Source: an uncultured bacterium
Lineage (GTDB): Bacteria; Hydrothermota; Tepidihabitantia; Tepidihabitantales; Tepidihabitantaceae
DNA: 40,249 bases
Direction of reading: 5' to 3'
Assembly: GCA_964485845.1 (NCBI GenBank)
Contig: CAZAKP010000005.1
Coordinates: forward strand, 1 to 40,249
A program made the translations under genes and the position numbers. The notes under the pieces were generated by a model. That model searched no databases and was not told where the DNA came from. It worked only from the letters and a program-made list of their open reading frames with translations. Below, in pieces: positions 11,074 through 19,325 of this stretch (the first letter of the stretch is position 1; every line of letters begins with the position of its first letter).

Positions 11074-12055
11074 AGGCGACCAGGTCCTGCGTCTCCTCGA
11101 CCGCGCGGCCGGCAAGCTTCGCGGCATAGACGAGGCGGAGGTTGCGCAGCTCGTTCTCGCGCAGCAGGAAGTATGTTACCAGCGGCTCGTGCCCAAAGGT
11201 CGCGTAGCGGGTCTGGCGCAGGTAGCGGAGTTCCGCCTCGCGCCCCAGCCGCTCCAGCCGAACGAACGAACGCCGGCCGGCCAGCGCCGCCCTGCCCTGC
11301 TCGATGTATTCATGGAATTCATCGCTGCCGGCACCGTGGGGCGGAGCCTTGGCGAGCAGGTCGAGCACCGCGTCCCATGGCTGCGGCAGCGCCGCCTGCA
11401 GAATGGCGAGCGTCAACCTGCCGCCGTCGAGAAAAGCTGCCTGCATCTCCCCCGCCGGGGCCTGGTTGGCTTCCTCCCGTGCCTTCAAGCGCACCAGCGT
11501 GCGAAGGTTCTCGACGTCGGCATGGAGCCCGAAGTATCCGGCCACAAACTCGCTGGCGCTTGCGACCCGCAGGACAATCCGCTGCAACAGCCGATCCAGG
11601 GCCGCGTCGACCGCCGCCGGATCCCGGTTCGTGGAAAAAGACTCCACGGCGTCGCGAACTACCCGGGCGATGAGCGGTCCCTCCGGCAGTGCTTCGAGTT
11701 CCTTCACCGGCGCGACGTCGCTCTTGCCCTGCAACAACGCGGTCTTCAGCGCTGTTTTAAGGCTGCGGAATGCCGGCGGCAGGGAGAACAGAAGCACCAA
11801 CCACTCATCCAGTGCATGGGCCGAAAAGAAGTCGCTGTTGTCTCTGGCGGCGTCTTCCAACGCCCGGCTGACGCCGGCGGCGCCTCCTTCCAGGAACCTG
11901 CCGTATGCCGTCTCCGCCAGGGCGCCGGCGAATTCCTCACCGCCCCGCGCCCGGACGAGCCGCTCATAACGCGGCCGGTCCAAAAGCGCCGGTTCAAGCG
12001 CCCGGACGCGTCCGATCACAAACCCGTATTTCGGGTCTTCGTTCAGTCTGACCAT
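11063..12055 (-). CDS. atpC: V/A-type ATP synthase subunit C
   Basis: YGFVIGRVRALE, DVENLRTLVRLK, EPLVTYFLLRENELRNLRL. Confidence 0.92.
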   Translation of the reverse strand: MVRLNEDPKYGFVIGRVRALEPALLDRPRYERLVRARGGEEFAGALAETAYGRFLEGGAAGVSRALEDAARDNSDFFSAHALDEWLVLLFSLPPAFRSLKTALKTALLQGKSDVAPVKELEALPEGPLIARVVRDAVESFSTNRDPAAVDAALDRLLQRIVLRVASASEFVAGYFGLHADVENLRTLVRLKAREEANQAPAGEMQAAFLDGGRLTLAILQAALPQPWDAVLDLLAKAPPHGAGSDEFHEYIEQGRAALAGRRSFVRLERLGREAELRYLRQTRYATFGHEPLVTYFLLRENELRNLRLVYAAKLAGRAVEETQDLVAYVE

Positions 12056-12106
12056 AGTCTGGTTGCGTGTTCCTGTGATATCCGGCCACTCGGTGGCCAG
12101 ATGGTA

Positions 12107-12134
12107 ATGATAGTCAGCTTGTCGAGCGTGTCAA
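12107..12134 (-). promoter_or_regulatory. sigma70-type promoter of the V-ATPase C-F-A-B operon
   Basis: TTGACA-N16-TATCAT. Confidence 0.7.
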
Positions 12135-12339
12135 ATCGGAGGTGGCGCCCTGAAACCGACATCGGAGCCGCGAAAGCGCGAAAAACACAAGACGAATGGG
12201 CACGGCAATATCACCTGCCCGTCACCCCGTTTTCGTCTTCGTGGCCATCAATCTCGGTACTTGGGGACATGGGCGCCAGGCCCGTGACGCGATGACAGCG
12301 AACCGGGAATCATCACCCCGCCCAAGATTGTTCCTGGCC

Positions 12340-12625
12340 GAATATCTCCGTAGCAGCTACAACCAAGCGTATGACTATTTATGAGTAGTGTCTAGTCTAA
12401 TATAGTCTATCGATAGAAGCGGCGTACCGTGGTCTGTATAACAAAAACCACTCAAGTAGAATATACTGATGTTGCTGTTGGGATGAGGATTGGTGTTAAT
12501 TCAGCTAACTGACAGAGAAAAAGCATGATAGACAGTCTTGTCATGCAGAATAGACGCGGGCAGGATGTTGATACAGGAGACAGCTCCAGCTATGCACACG
12601 CGTATCAACGTGGTTCCCCACTGCT
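12340..12625. other. Putative oriC / DNA-unwinding element
   Basis: The most conspicuous AT-rich non-coding stretch in the window, directly downstream of dnaA. DnaA-box-like 9-mers: TTATACAGA (-, 12433-12441), TCATGCAGA (12541), CTATGCACA (12590). TAG-rich tract at 12381-12417. Confidence 0.7.
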
Positions 12626-13990
12626 TATTCCCTTTGACAGTGTGTCGAGACGGGCAGCGAAGGCCGGGTCGCAAGTCCTCAAGTCGCCGACGCGCTTGAT
12701 CGCGTGCATCACCGTCGTGTGGTCCTTGTTTCCGAAGAGGCTGCCGATTTCCTTCAGGGAGAGGCTGAGTGTAGCCCGCAGCAGGTACATGGCTACCTGC
12801 CGTGCGAGCGCCAGTTGCTTGGTCCGGCCGCCGTTGGTGATGTCCTTCAGAGTGACCCCGAAATGGTCGGCACAGGCCTTGATGATGCGACCGTGGTCAA
12901 CCGGTTCTTCTTTCTTGATAAGGTCTCTGAGCGCCTCCTCGGCCAAGGCGATGGTGATGGGCCGGTCGTCCAGCGAGGCGATGGCGAGCAGACGTATCCA
13001 ACTGCCCTCGAGCGCACGGACGCTGGTGCGGACGCGCGCGGCGATGAAGTAGGCGACATCGTCCGGCAGTTCGGTATGGTCCAGGGCAGCCTTCTGTTTG
13101 AGGATGGCGATGCGCGTCTCCAACTCCGGCGTCTGTATGTCCACGACCAGTCCGGAGCCGAGCCTTGAGGTGAGTCTGCCCTCCAGCGCGGGTATGTCCT
13201 GAGGGGGGCGGTCGCTGGTAAAAACGATCTGACTGCCGGCGTCGTGCAGCGAGTTGAAAATGTAGAAGACCTCTTCCTGCAGTCGCTCCTTACCCACGAG
13301 GTAGTGGACGTCGTCGAGGAGCAGCAGGTCCAGAGACCGGTATTTGTCCTTGAACTCGAGCCGGGTGTTCTTCTCTATGGCCTGGATGAGTTCGAGGAAC
13401 AAGTCGTCGGCGGCCGTGTAGTAAACCTTCAGCCCGGGTTTTCTGGCCAGCGCCAGGTTGCCGATTGCCTGGGCGAGGTGGGTCTTGCCCAGGCCGACGC
13501 CACCGTATATGAACAGGGGGTTGTAGTTCGCGCCGGGTCGCTCGGCAACGCTGCGAGCCGCGGCAACGGCGAGCCGGTTCGACTCGCCGACGACGAAATT
13601 CTCAAAGGACAGGTGCGACTGGAGCCGATAGCCGTTCTGCCTGGCGACGGGACGCCGCACCGGCGTGCGACGGATCAGCACTCCGGTGTCGGCCGCGTCA
13701 CGGGGACGGAAGGAAACCGATAGCTCCTGCTGCGAAACGCTGGTCAACGCAGCCCTGACCTCGGCTGAGTAGTGCTGACTCAGCCAGTCGGCAAAGAACG
13801 AATTCGGTACTTCGACCTCGAGCACGCCGTTCGACAGTGCACGTCCTCGCGTAGGAGTGAGCCAAGTGTCGAAACCTTCGCGACTTATGCGCGGTCTCAC
13901 ATAGTCGAGGATGTCGGCCCAGAGTTTTGCTGCGTCGAGCAGGGCTTGGTGCCCAACGCAGGGTTGTACGTCGCTGTCAGCCACACCCAT
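12605..13990 (-). CDS. dnaA: Chromosomal replication initiator DnaA
   Basis: FENFVVGESNRLA, YNPLFIYGGVGLGKTHL, LLLDDV, ARQVAMYL and KDHTTVMHA. Exact start codon uncertain. Confidence 0.98.
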   Translation of the reverse strand: MGVADSDVQPCVGHQALLDAAKLWADILDYVRPRISREGFDTWLTPTRGRALSNGVLEVEVPNSFFADWLSQHYSAEVRAALTSVSQQELSVSFRPRDAADTGVLIRRTPVRRPVARQNGYRLQSHLSFENFVVGESNRLAVAAARSVAERPGANYNPLFIYGGVGLGKTHLAQAIGNLALARKPGLKVYYTAADDLFLELIQAIEKNTRLEFKDKYRSLDLLLLDDVHYLVGKERLQEEVFYIFNSLHDAGSQIVFTSDRPPQDIPALEGRLTSRLGSGLVVDIQTPELETRIAILKQKAALDHTELPDDVAYFIAARVRTSVRALEGSWIRLLAIASLDDRPITIALAEEALRDLIKKEEPVDHGRIIKACADHFGVTLKDITNGGRTKQLALARQVAMYLLRATLSLSLKEIGSLFGNKDHTTVMHAIKRVGDLRTCDPAFAARLDTLSKGISSGEPR

Positions 13991-14062
13991 CTGCAGCCCC
14001 TTTCGAAAAAAACCACGCTAAATAGCCTTGACGATGTCGAGCGAGAAACCTACCCCGGCCGG

Positions 14063-14083
14063 TTATCCACCAAGCCGTCCACA
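14063..14083 (+). promoter_or_regulatory. DnaA-box-like sites in the dnaA leader (autoregulation)
   Basis: TTATCCACC (14063-14071) and CCGTCCACA (14075-14083), against consensus TTATCCACA. Confidence 0.6.
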
Positions 14084-14183
14084 TTCCCGCGCTTGCCCCC
14101 GCCTGCGGCAAAAAGGCGACACGCCAACGGCGCGTCAGCATCAACAAGGAACAGGTTGTAGAGTCGCTTTTCTGCCGGCGACG

Positions 14184-14211
14184 ATTCTAGACCCGCGGCT
14201 TTGGGTGTCAA
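14184..14211 (-). promoter_or_regulatory. dnaA promoter
   Basis: TTGACA-N16-TAGAAT. Confidence 0.75.
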
Positions 14212-14252
14212 GTTCAGTCTCGCATTGTGGTAGAAAAGCGGTGGCGCCGGCG

Positions 14253-16511
14253 TCAACGATTCGGCGACGGCGGCCTGAGCCAGGCGGCGGCCGCTATCTG
14301 GCCGTAGGCGATTCCGCCGTCATTGAGCGGGACGGTCTGATTCCAGCACACCAATCGCCCGAGCGAACGGAGCCCACTAACAACCTGCCGGCGAAGCAGC
14401 GAGTTCTGAAATGCGCCCCCCGATAGACATACGGTTGTGACGGCGTGCCGCGAGCAGAGATGGTCGGCGAGGCGCACCGCAGCGCACGAAAGCGTGTTGT
14501 GGAACCGGGCAGCAACCACCGCCGGGTCTGCGCCCGCCGCCGTTTCACGTGCAGTACGGAGAATCAGCGGTTCTGGCCGCAACAAGGCCGGGGAGACCGA
14601 TAGATCAAGCGCGTCGGCAATGGGCCAGTGTCTTCTCTCGGCTGGGTCGGCTAAGGCCTCCAATGCGGCCGGAGCCTCTCCGTCGAAGGACGCAGTTCGA
14701 CATGCGCCGGTTAATGCCGCCACGGCATCGAACAGCCGCCCGATCGACGACGTCTGGAGCAGTGCCCGGCTCACTGCCGAACGCCGCTGCGAACTGGGAC
14801 CGGCAAAGCCTTTTGCCTGGCTCAGGTACGCCCGCGCGACTCGGGCCGGGTCGGCGAGTTCAGCACCGGCATCGGCTAGGCGGAGATAGCCTAAGTGTCC
14901 TGCGCGCTGCCAGTAAGCTCGGTCATGCACCAACAGAAATTCGCCCCCCCAGACGGCGCCGTCCGTGCCGTAGCCAGTCCCGTCGAAGGCCAATCCCAGC
15001 ACCGGTCCGCTAAGGTCGTGTTCAGCCATTACCGAGAGGACGTGGGCGTAATGGTGCTGAACCCGCCCGAGCGGTAGTCTCAATTCTCGCATAAGGCGTT
15101 CTGCCAACCGGGTGGATGCATAGTCGGGGTGCAGGTCGGCGACCATCACCTCGGGCTCGATGCCGGTCCATTCCGCATAGCGAGCAAAGGTCTCGCGCCA
15201 GAATGCCTCGCCGGCCGCTGTCTCGACCGTTCCGATGTGCGGGCTCAGGAAAACCCGGTTGCCGCTGGCGAGGGCGAAGGTGTTCTTGAACTCGCCGCCG
15301 ACCGCGAGGGTCGGCTGTTTCACGTGAAACATGCGGCCCAGCGGAATCGGCTGCGGCGCGTAGCCGCGGGCACGCCGGACGAACACCAGGGGAGTCTTGC
15401 CTTCAGCTTCGGCCATCACCACCGAGTCATCGCAGCGGTTGGCAATCGGCCGATCGTGGGAGAGGACCATGTCCGGCACGTCCGCGAGTTCGGCTGCCAG
15501 CCCCTTGTCGTCGGCGACGATCGGGTCTTCCTTCCGGTTGGCGCTCGTCATCACGAGCACGGCGGGCCTGCCGGCGGCGCGCCGCAACCGTCTTAAGAGA
15601 ACCACGTGCAGCGGGGTATAGGGGAGCATCACGCCCAGGCGTGAATTGCGCGGAGCGACCGCCGCGGCGACGCGCAGAGCCGGGTGTCGCGACTTCGGCA
15701 GCAGAACGATCGGTGCCGCCGCGGAAAGGAGCACTTCGCCTGCGGCCGGCGTGACGCGGCAGAACCGGCGGGCAACGGCAACGCTCTCGCACATCAAGGC
15801 GAACGGTTTCGATGGTCGGCGCTTTCGCCGCCGGAGAAGCGCCACCGTCCGGTCGTTGGTGGCGTCGCAGGCGAGTTGAAAGCCGCCAAGACTCTTGAGG
15901 GCAACGATTTTCCCGTCGAGCAGGGCCTGGGCCGCCGATTCGAGCGGCGGCAGGGTGGAACCGGCCGGCGAGACCTTGAGCTCAGGACCGCAGACCGGGC
16001 AGGCTATCGGCTGGGCGTGATAGCGGCGGTCGCCGGGATCGGTATATTCACGCCGACAGTCGGGGCACATGCTGAAGCAAGCCATCGTGGTGTTCGGGCG
16101 GTCGTAGGGGAGACGTTCGATAATCGTGTAGCGCGGCCCGCACTGTGTGCAGTTGGTGAAGGCGTACCCGTGACGGCGGTCGGCCGGGTCGCCGATTTCC
16201 CGGCGGCAGTCAGAACAGACGGCGAGGTCCGGCAAAACGTCGACGCCGGCACCCTTCTCCACCCGGCTCGGCCTGATGGAGAAGTCCGAATAGGGCCGCT
16301 CCCGCATGCGACTGACCTTAAAAGAGGTTATCACGGCCAGGGGCGGCGGGTTCAGCCTCAATTCCTCCACGAACCGCCGGGCGTTCTTCCCCTGGGCCGC
16401 GACTATGACGCCCAGGTTTGAGTTTGTGACGAAACCACGGACGCCCAAGGCCTTGGCGAGTCGGTAGACGTGGGGCCTGAAACCAAGGCCTTGCACTTGG
16501 CCCTGGATCAC
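14253..16511 (-). CDS. hypF: Carbamoyltransferase HypF ([NiFe]-hydrogenase maturation)
   Basis: Acylphosphatase motif GQVQGLGFRP, two CxxC-x18-CxxC zinc fingers, YrdC-like KxR..KPFA, and Kae1-like QHHYAH, DGTGYG and NDGGI. The true start is probably slightly upstream. Confidence 0.96.
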   Translation of the reverse strand: MIQGQVQGLGFRPHVYRLAKALGVRGFVTNSNLGVIVAAQGKNARRFVEELRLNPPPLAVITSFKVSRMRERPYSDFSIRPSRVEKGAGVDVLPDLAVCSDCRREIGDPADRRHGYAFTNCTQCGPRYTIIERLPYDRPNTTMACFSMCPDCRREYTDPGDRRYHAQPIACPVCGPELKVSPAGSTLPPLESAAQALLDGKIVALKSLGGFQLACDATNDRTVALLRRRKRRPSKPFALMCESVAVARRFCRVTPAAGEVLLSAAAPIVLLPKSRHPALRVAAAVAPRNSRLGVMLPYTPLHVVLLRRLRRAAGRPAVLVMTSANRKEDPIVADDKGLAAELADVPDMVLSHDRPIANRCDDSVVMAEAEGKTPLVFVRRARGYAPQPIPLGRMFHVKQPTLAVGGEFKNTFALASGNRVFLSPHIGTVETAAGEAFWRETFARYAEWTGIEPEVMVADLHPDYASTRLAERLMRELRLPLGRVQHHYAHVLSVMAEHDLSGPVLGLAFDGTGYGTDGAVWGGEFLLVHDRAYWQRAGHLGYLRLADAGAELADPARVARAYLSQAKGFAGPSSQRRSAVSRALLQTSSIGRLFDAVAALTGACRTASFDGEAPAALEALADPAERRHWPIADALDLSVSPALLRPEPLILRTARETAAGADPAVVAARFHNTLSCAAVRLADHLCSRHAVTTVCLSGGAFQNSLLRRQVVSGLRSLGRLVCWNQTVPLNDGGIAYGQIAAAAWLRPPSPNR
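15316..15331. promoter_or_regulatory. parS site (ParB loading)
   Basis: Perfect palindrome TGTTTCACGTGAAACA inside hypF, ~1.3 kb from the dnaA start. Confidence 0.92.
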
Positions 16512-16591
16512 GACCCTGTAGTCTGCGCGCTGCCGTCCGCGCAGGCTTAAGTTATTGAAAGATGGTGAGTTAAGTCGTCTACCGGACGAGA

Positions 16592-17779
16592 CTAAACCTT
16601 CTTTTCAGGAGCCTCGGAGGCCGGCTTCGGCTTCAGGTCGTCCAGTTCGGGATTCGGCACCGGCTCAATCAGCTCCTCTTCATCCTCCGGCAGCTCCAGC
16701 ACGTTCTTCTCGTCCTTCTTGTACGCGAGGACTGCGAAGTTGAGAGTCATGCCTGTGAACCAGACCGAGAGGCCATAGCCCGCCACCATTATCGCGATGA
16801 GGTAGAGCAGGACGCCGAGCAGCAGCGAGGCGATGTCGTGACTCCACCCGAGCGTCAAGTACTCCCCGGGCATGTATACCTGGGGGAACCCGTACAGGTT
16901 CATTTCGTCCAGGAAAATCCGCTGGAAAAGGTATGGGCACCAGTCCGGGGACGCAAGCTTGAAGTAGTACGACGCGTTGCTGACCACGTCGGCCAGTTTC
17001 TCACCCATGAAGGCGCCGGTGATGGCGTAGCCGATCCTGCCGGCGGCGCTGGCCGCAAGCCCGAGCAGGAACGAACCCACCTTGGCCAGCAGCGCGGTCG
17101 TGGCGGTGTACCAGAGGAGGCGCGCCGGTTGCTCGTTGACGCAGGAAAAGACCTCAAACAGCGTGTCAAAAGTGTCGGAGTGGGTGGCGCCGATAACGCT
17201 CGGGCCGAGCAGCAGCGCGAAGCAGAGGACGATGAGCAGATAGACGATGAACAGGGACGCGATGAAACCCAGTACCGCCAGCAGTCCGACGAATATCTCA
17301 CCGGCCGCCGGTATTGCCCCGAGCAGGCTGAAGATGAGGCCGAAGACGACGATCAGGGCGACGAAAGCCAGGATTAAGAGCGGGCTTGAAAGCACGGCCG
17401 GGGTATTGCGGAACGCGAAGCGGAATGCCTCCTTCGACTCGTAGAATTCGTCGCCGCGCAGTTGTTCGTATGCGACCTTAGACACCGCCGTGCCGGTGAT
17501 GAGCAGGGCGCAGATGAACCAGAGAACCGCGGCCGCGAAGATAATCCAGGAATACCAGGGGAAGGTGTAGTCGAGGGGCGACGGAAGCGGCAGCAGGCGG
17601 AAGGTCTGCCAGACCGACAGAAAGTCGGTGCCGGCGGCCGCGTAGGCGATGTAGGTGAGTATCGTGTATCCCGCGAATCCGACCAGCAGGCCGAGGGACA
17701 TCATCCAGACCTTCTTGGCCGAGAAGCCAAGACGCAGGGCGCGGAATACGTCCTTGTAGCTCCAGTGAAGTTTCGTCAT
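16592..17779 (-). CDS. Hypothetical polytopic membrane protein
   Basis: About 6-7 TM segments, an acidic C-terminal tail, and SD AAGGAG upstream. Confidence 0.85.
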   Translation of the reverse strand: MTKLHWSYKDVFRALRLGFSAKKVWMMSLGLLVGFAGYTILTYIAYAAAGTDFLSVWQTFRLLPLPSPLDYTFPWYSWIIFAAAVLWFICALLITGTAVSKVAYEQLRGDEFYESKEAFRFAFRNTPAVLSSPLLILAFVALIVVFGLIFSLLGAIPAAGEIFVGLLAVLGFIASLFIVYLLIVLCFALLLGPSVIGATHSDTFDTLFEVFSCVNEQPARLLWYTATTALLAKVGSFLLGLAASAAGRIGYAITGAFMGEKLADVVSNASYYFKLASPDWCPYLFQRIFLDEMNLYGFPQVYMPGEYLTLGWSHDIASLLLGVLLYLIAIMVAGYGLSVWFTGMTLNFAVLAYKKDEKNVLELPEDEEELIEPVPNPELDDLKPKPASEAPEKKV

Positions 17780-17814
17780 CTAGCGACTCCTTTTCAGGTC
17801 AACGTAGTTCGGCC

Positions 17815-17943
17815 TCATCTGAACAGCTTCATGAACAATACGAACACCAGGAACAAGAGCGCGATTGCCCCCCACATCACCCAGCGCAAGGGGAGGCGAT
17901 ACCGCCGCTCGGGAAAGAAGCGGCGTTGCTTGAACTGGATCAT
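17815..17943 (-). CDS. Small single-TM protein (42 aa), absent from the ORF track
   Basis: MIQFKQRRFFPERRYRLPLRWVMWGAIALLFLVFVLFMKLFR*, with strong SD GGAGGTGG. Confidence 0.7.
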   Translation of the reverse strand: MIQFKQRRFFPERRYRLPLRWVMWGAIALLFLVFVLFMKLFR

Positions 17944-18014
17944 GCTCGGTTTCCACCTCCGGAGCGGACGCCGGGGTGCGGCAGCCGGCGCGGGCAGCTC
18001 CTCTGCATGCTGTT

Positions 18015-18042
18015 ATGCTATTCGGGGCGGAGCCTTTGTCAA
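18015..18042 (-). promoter_or_regulatory. sigma70-type promoter
   Basis: TTGACA-N16-TAGCAT. Confidence 0.7.
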
Positions 18043-18044
18043 GG

Positions 18045-19076
18045 TCAATACCGGGCTTTCGTTTCCGGCCGGAAGGCGGCACCTAATGCCGGCCCGGCGT
18101 CGAGGAGCCGTTCGAAGAGCGCCCGGGTGATGTTTCCGCCCGAGACGACGCAGACCGCGAGCCCGCGTTCTTCCCGGGGTGTGTCAAGGGCGGCGGCGAG
18201 GGCCAGGGCGCCGGCGCCCTCCGCGACGACGCGTTGTTCTTCCGCCAGCCGGCGGATGGTGGCCCGGACCCGCTCCTCCGACACAACGGCAACGTTCGTC
18301 AAAGTCTCGCGCAGCAGCGGGAAGAGCTGGTCGGTGGCAAACGGCACGGCCACGCCGTCGCAGATGGTCGGCCGGGGCTCGATCCAGACCGGCCTGCCGG
18401 CGCGGAAGCTTGCGGCGAGCGACGGGTAGGACTCGGTCTGGACCCCGACGATCCTCGCCGCGGGGTTCGCCATTCGAACCGCAGAGCCGACGCCGGCCGC
18501 GAGCGCCCCGCCGCCGACCGGCAGATAGACGGTTTCGACCGCGGGCAGGTCCTCCACTATCTCGAGACCGATAGTCGCGTGGCCGGCGACCATCGCCGGC
18601 TCGGTCCACGGGTGCAGGAAGGCGTAAGGTTCCTCCCGCCACCCGGCGCGGAAGATGTAGTCCGCCATTTCCGCGAACGGGACGAGAACCGTCTCGACCC
18701 CGCGCTCGCGGAGCGAACGGACCTTTATTTCGGGAGCATAGTCGGGCAGGATGCTGCGGCAGCTCGTGCCAAGCGCCCGGGCGCAGTAGGCGAGCGCAAG
18801 CGCCGTATTGCCGGCGCTGAACGTCGAGAATCCGCGCCGGACGTCCTCGGCCGGGAGCCCTGTCGCCCAGTTATAGACGCCGCGGAGCTTGAACGAACCG
18901 GTCGGCTGAGCGACCTCGGACTTGAGCAGGATGCCGCTTTCCCCGAAGGGAATCAGCGGGGTGCGCTCGACGACGCCCCTTATCCGCTCGCTGGCTTTCT
19001 GAATGGCGTCAAGGGTCGGCGCGGTCACCGGCGGGTCGCCCCAGCCGGTCGGCCGCCGGGCCGGCTGCTCTTGCAT
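18045..19076 (-). CDS. PLP-dependent threonine/serine dehydratase (fold type II, no ACT domain)
   Basis: KSE..QPTGSFKLRG, SAGNT, PVGGGAL, CDGVAV and VVSGGN. Promoter TGGACA-N17-TATTAT-N8-ATG. Confidence 0.9.
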   Translation of the reverse strand: MQEQPARRPTGWGDPPVTAPTLDAIQKASERIRGVVERTPLIPFGESGILLKSEVAQPTGSFKLRGVYNWATGLPAEDVRRGFSTFSAGNTALALAYCARALGTSCRSILPDYAPEIKVRSLRERGVETVLVPFAEMADYIFRAGWREEPYAFLHPWTEPAMVAGHATIGLEIVEDLPAVETVYLPVGGGALAAGVGSAVRMANPAARIVGVQTESYPSLAASFRAGRPVWIEPRPTICDGVAVPFATDQLFPLLRETLTNVAVVSEERVRATIRRLAEEQRVVAEGAGALALAAALDTPREERGLAVCVVSGGNITRALFERLLDAGPALGAAFRPETKARY

Positions 19077-19325
19077 GGCGCGAGATAATAGACCGCAGCC
19101 GAGGGCTTGTCCAGACGAGAACCGGTGTGGGCGCGGTTGGTTTGATGGAGTGTGTCACCGAAACGGAGAATCCCCGCGGCTCCAGAGCTTGACAATTGGG
19201 GAAAACTAGTTCTAATGTGGTTGAACTCGCAGTTCCTGGTCAGCGCTTTCACGGTATCCGGCCGCAAAGGAGGCCGACCGGACGCCGCGCCCTCGGTTCT
19301 GCCTCCAGTTTTCCAGGGAGGTTGG

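Noticed and set aside
19152-19325. Upstream extension of the 1090-aa ORF, or a riboswitch in its leader
   Set aside because: SD and signal peptide support ATG 19326. No c-di-GMP or other aptamer consensus was recognised. The -10 box of the promoter at 19189 is ambiguous, so it was left out of the spacer count.
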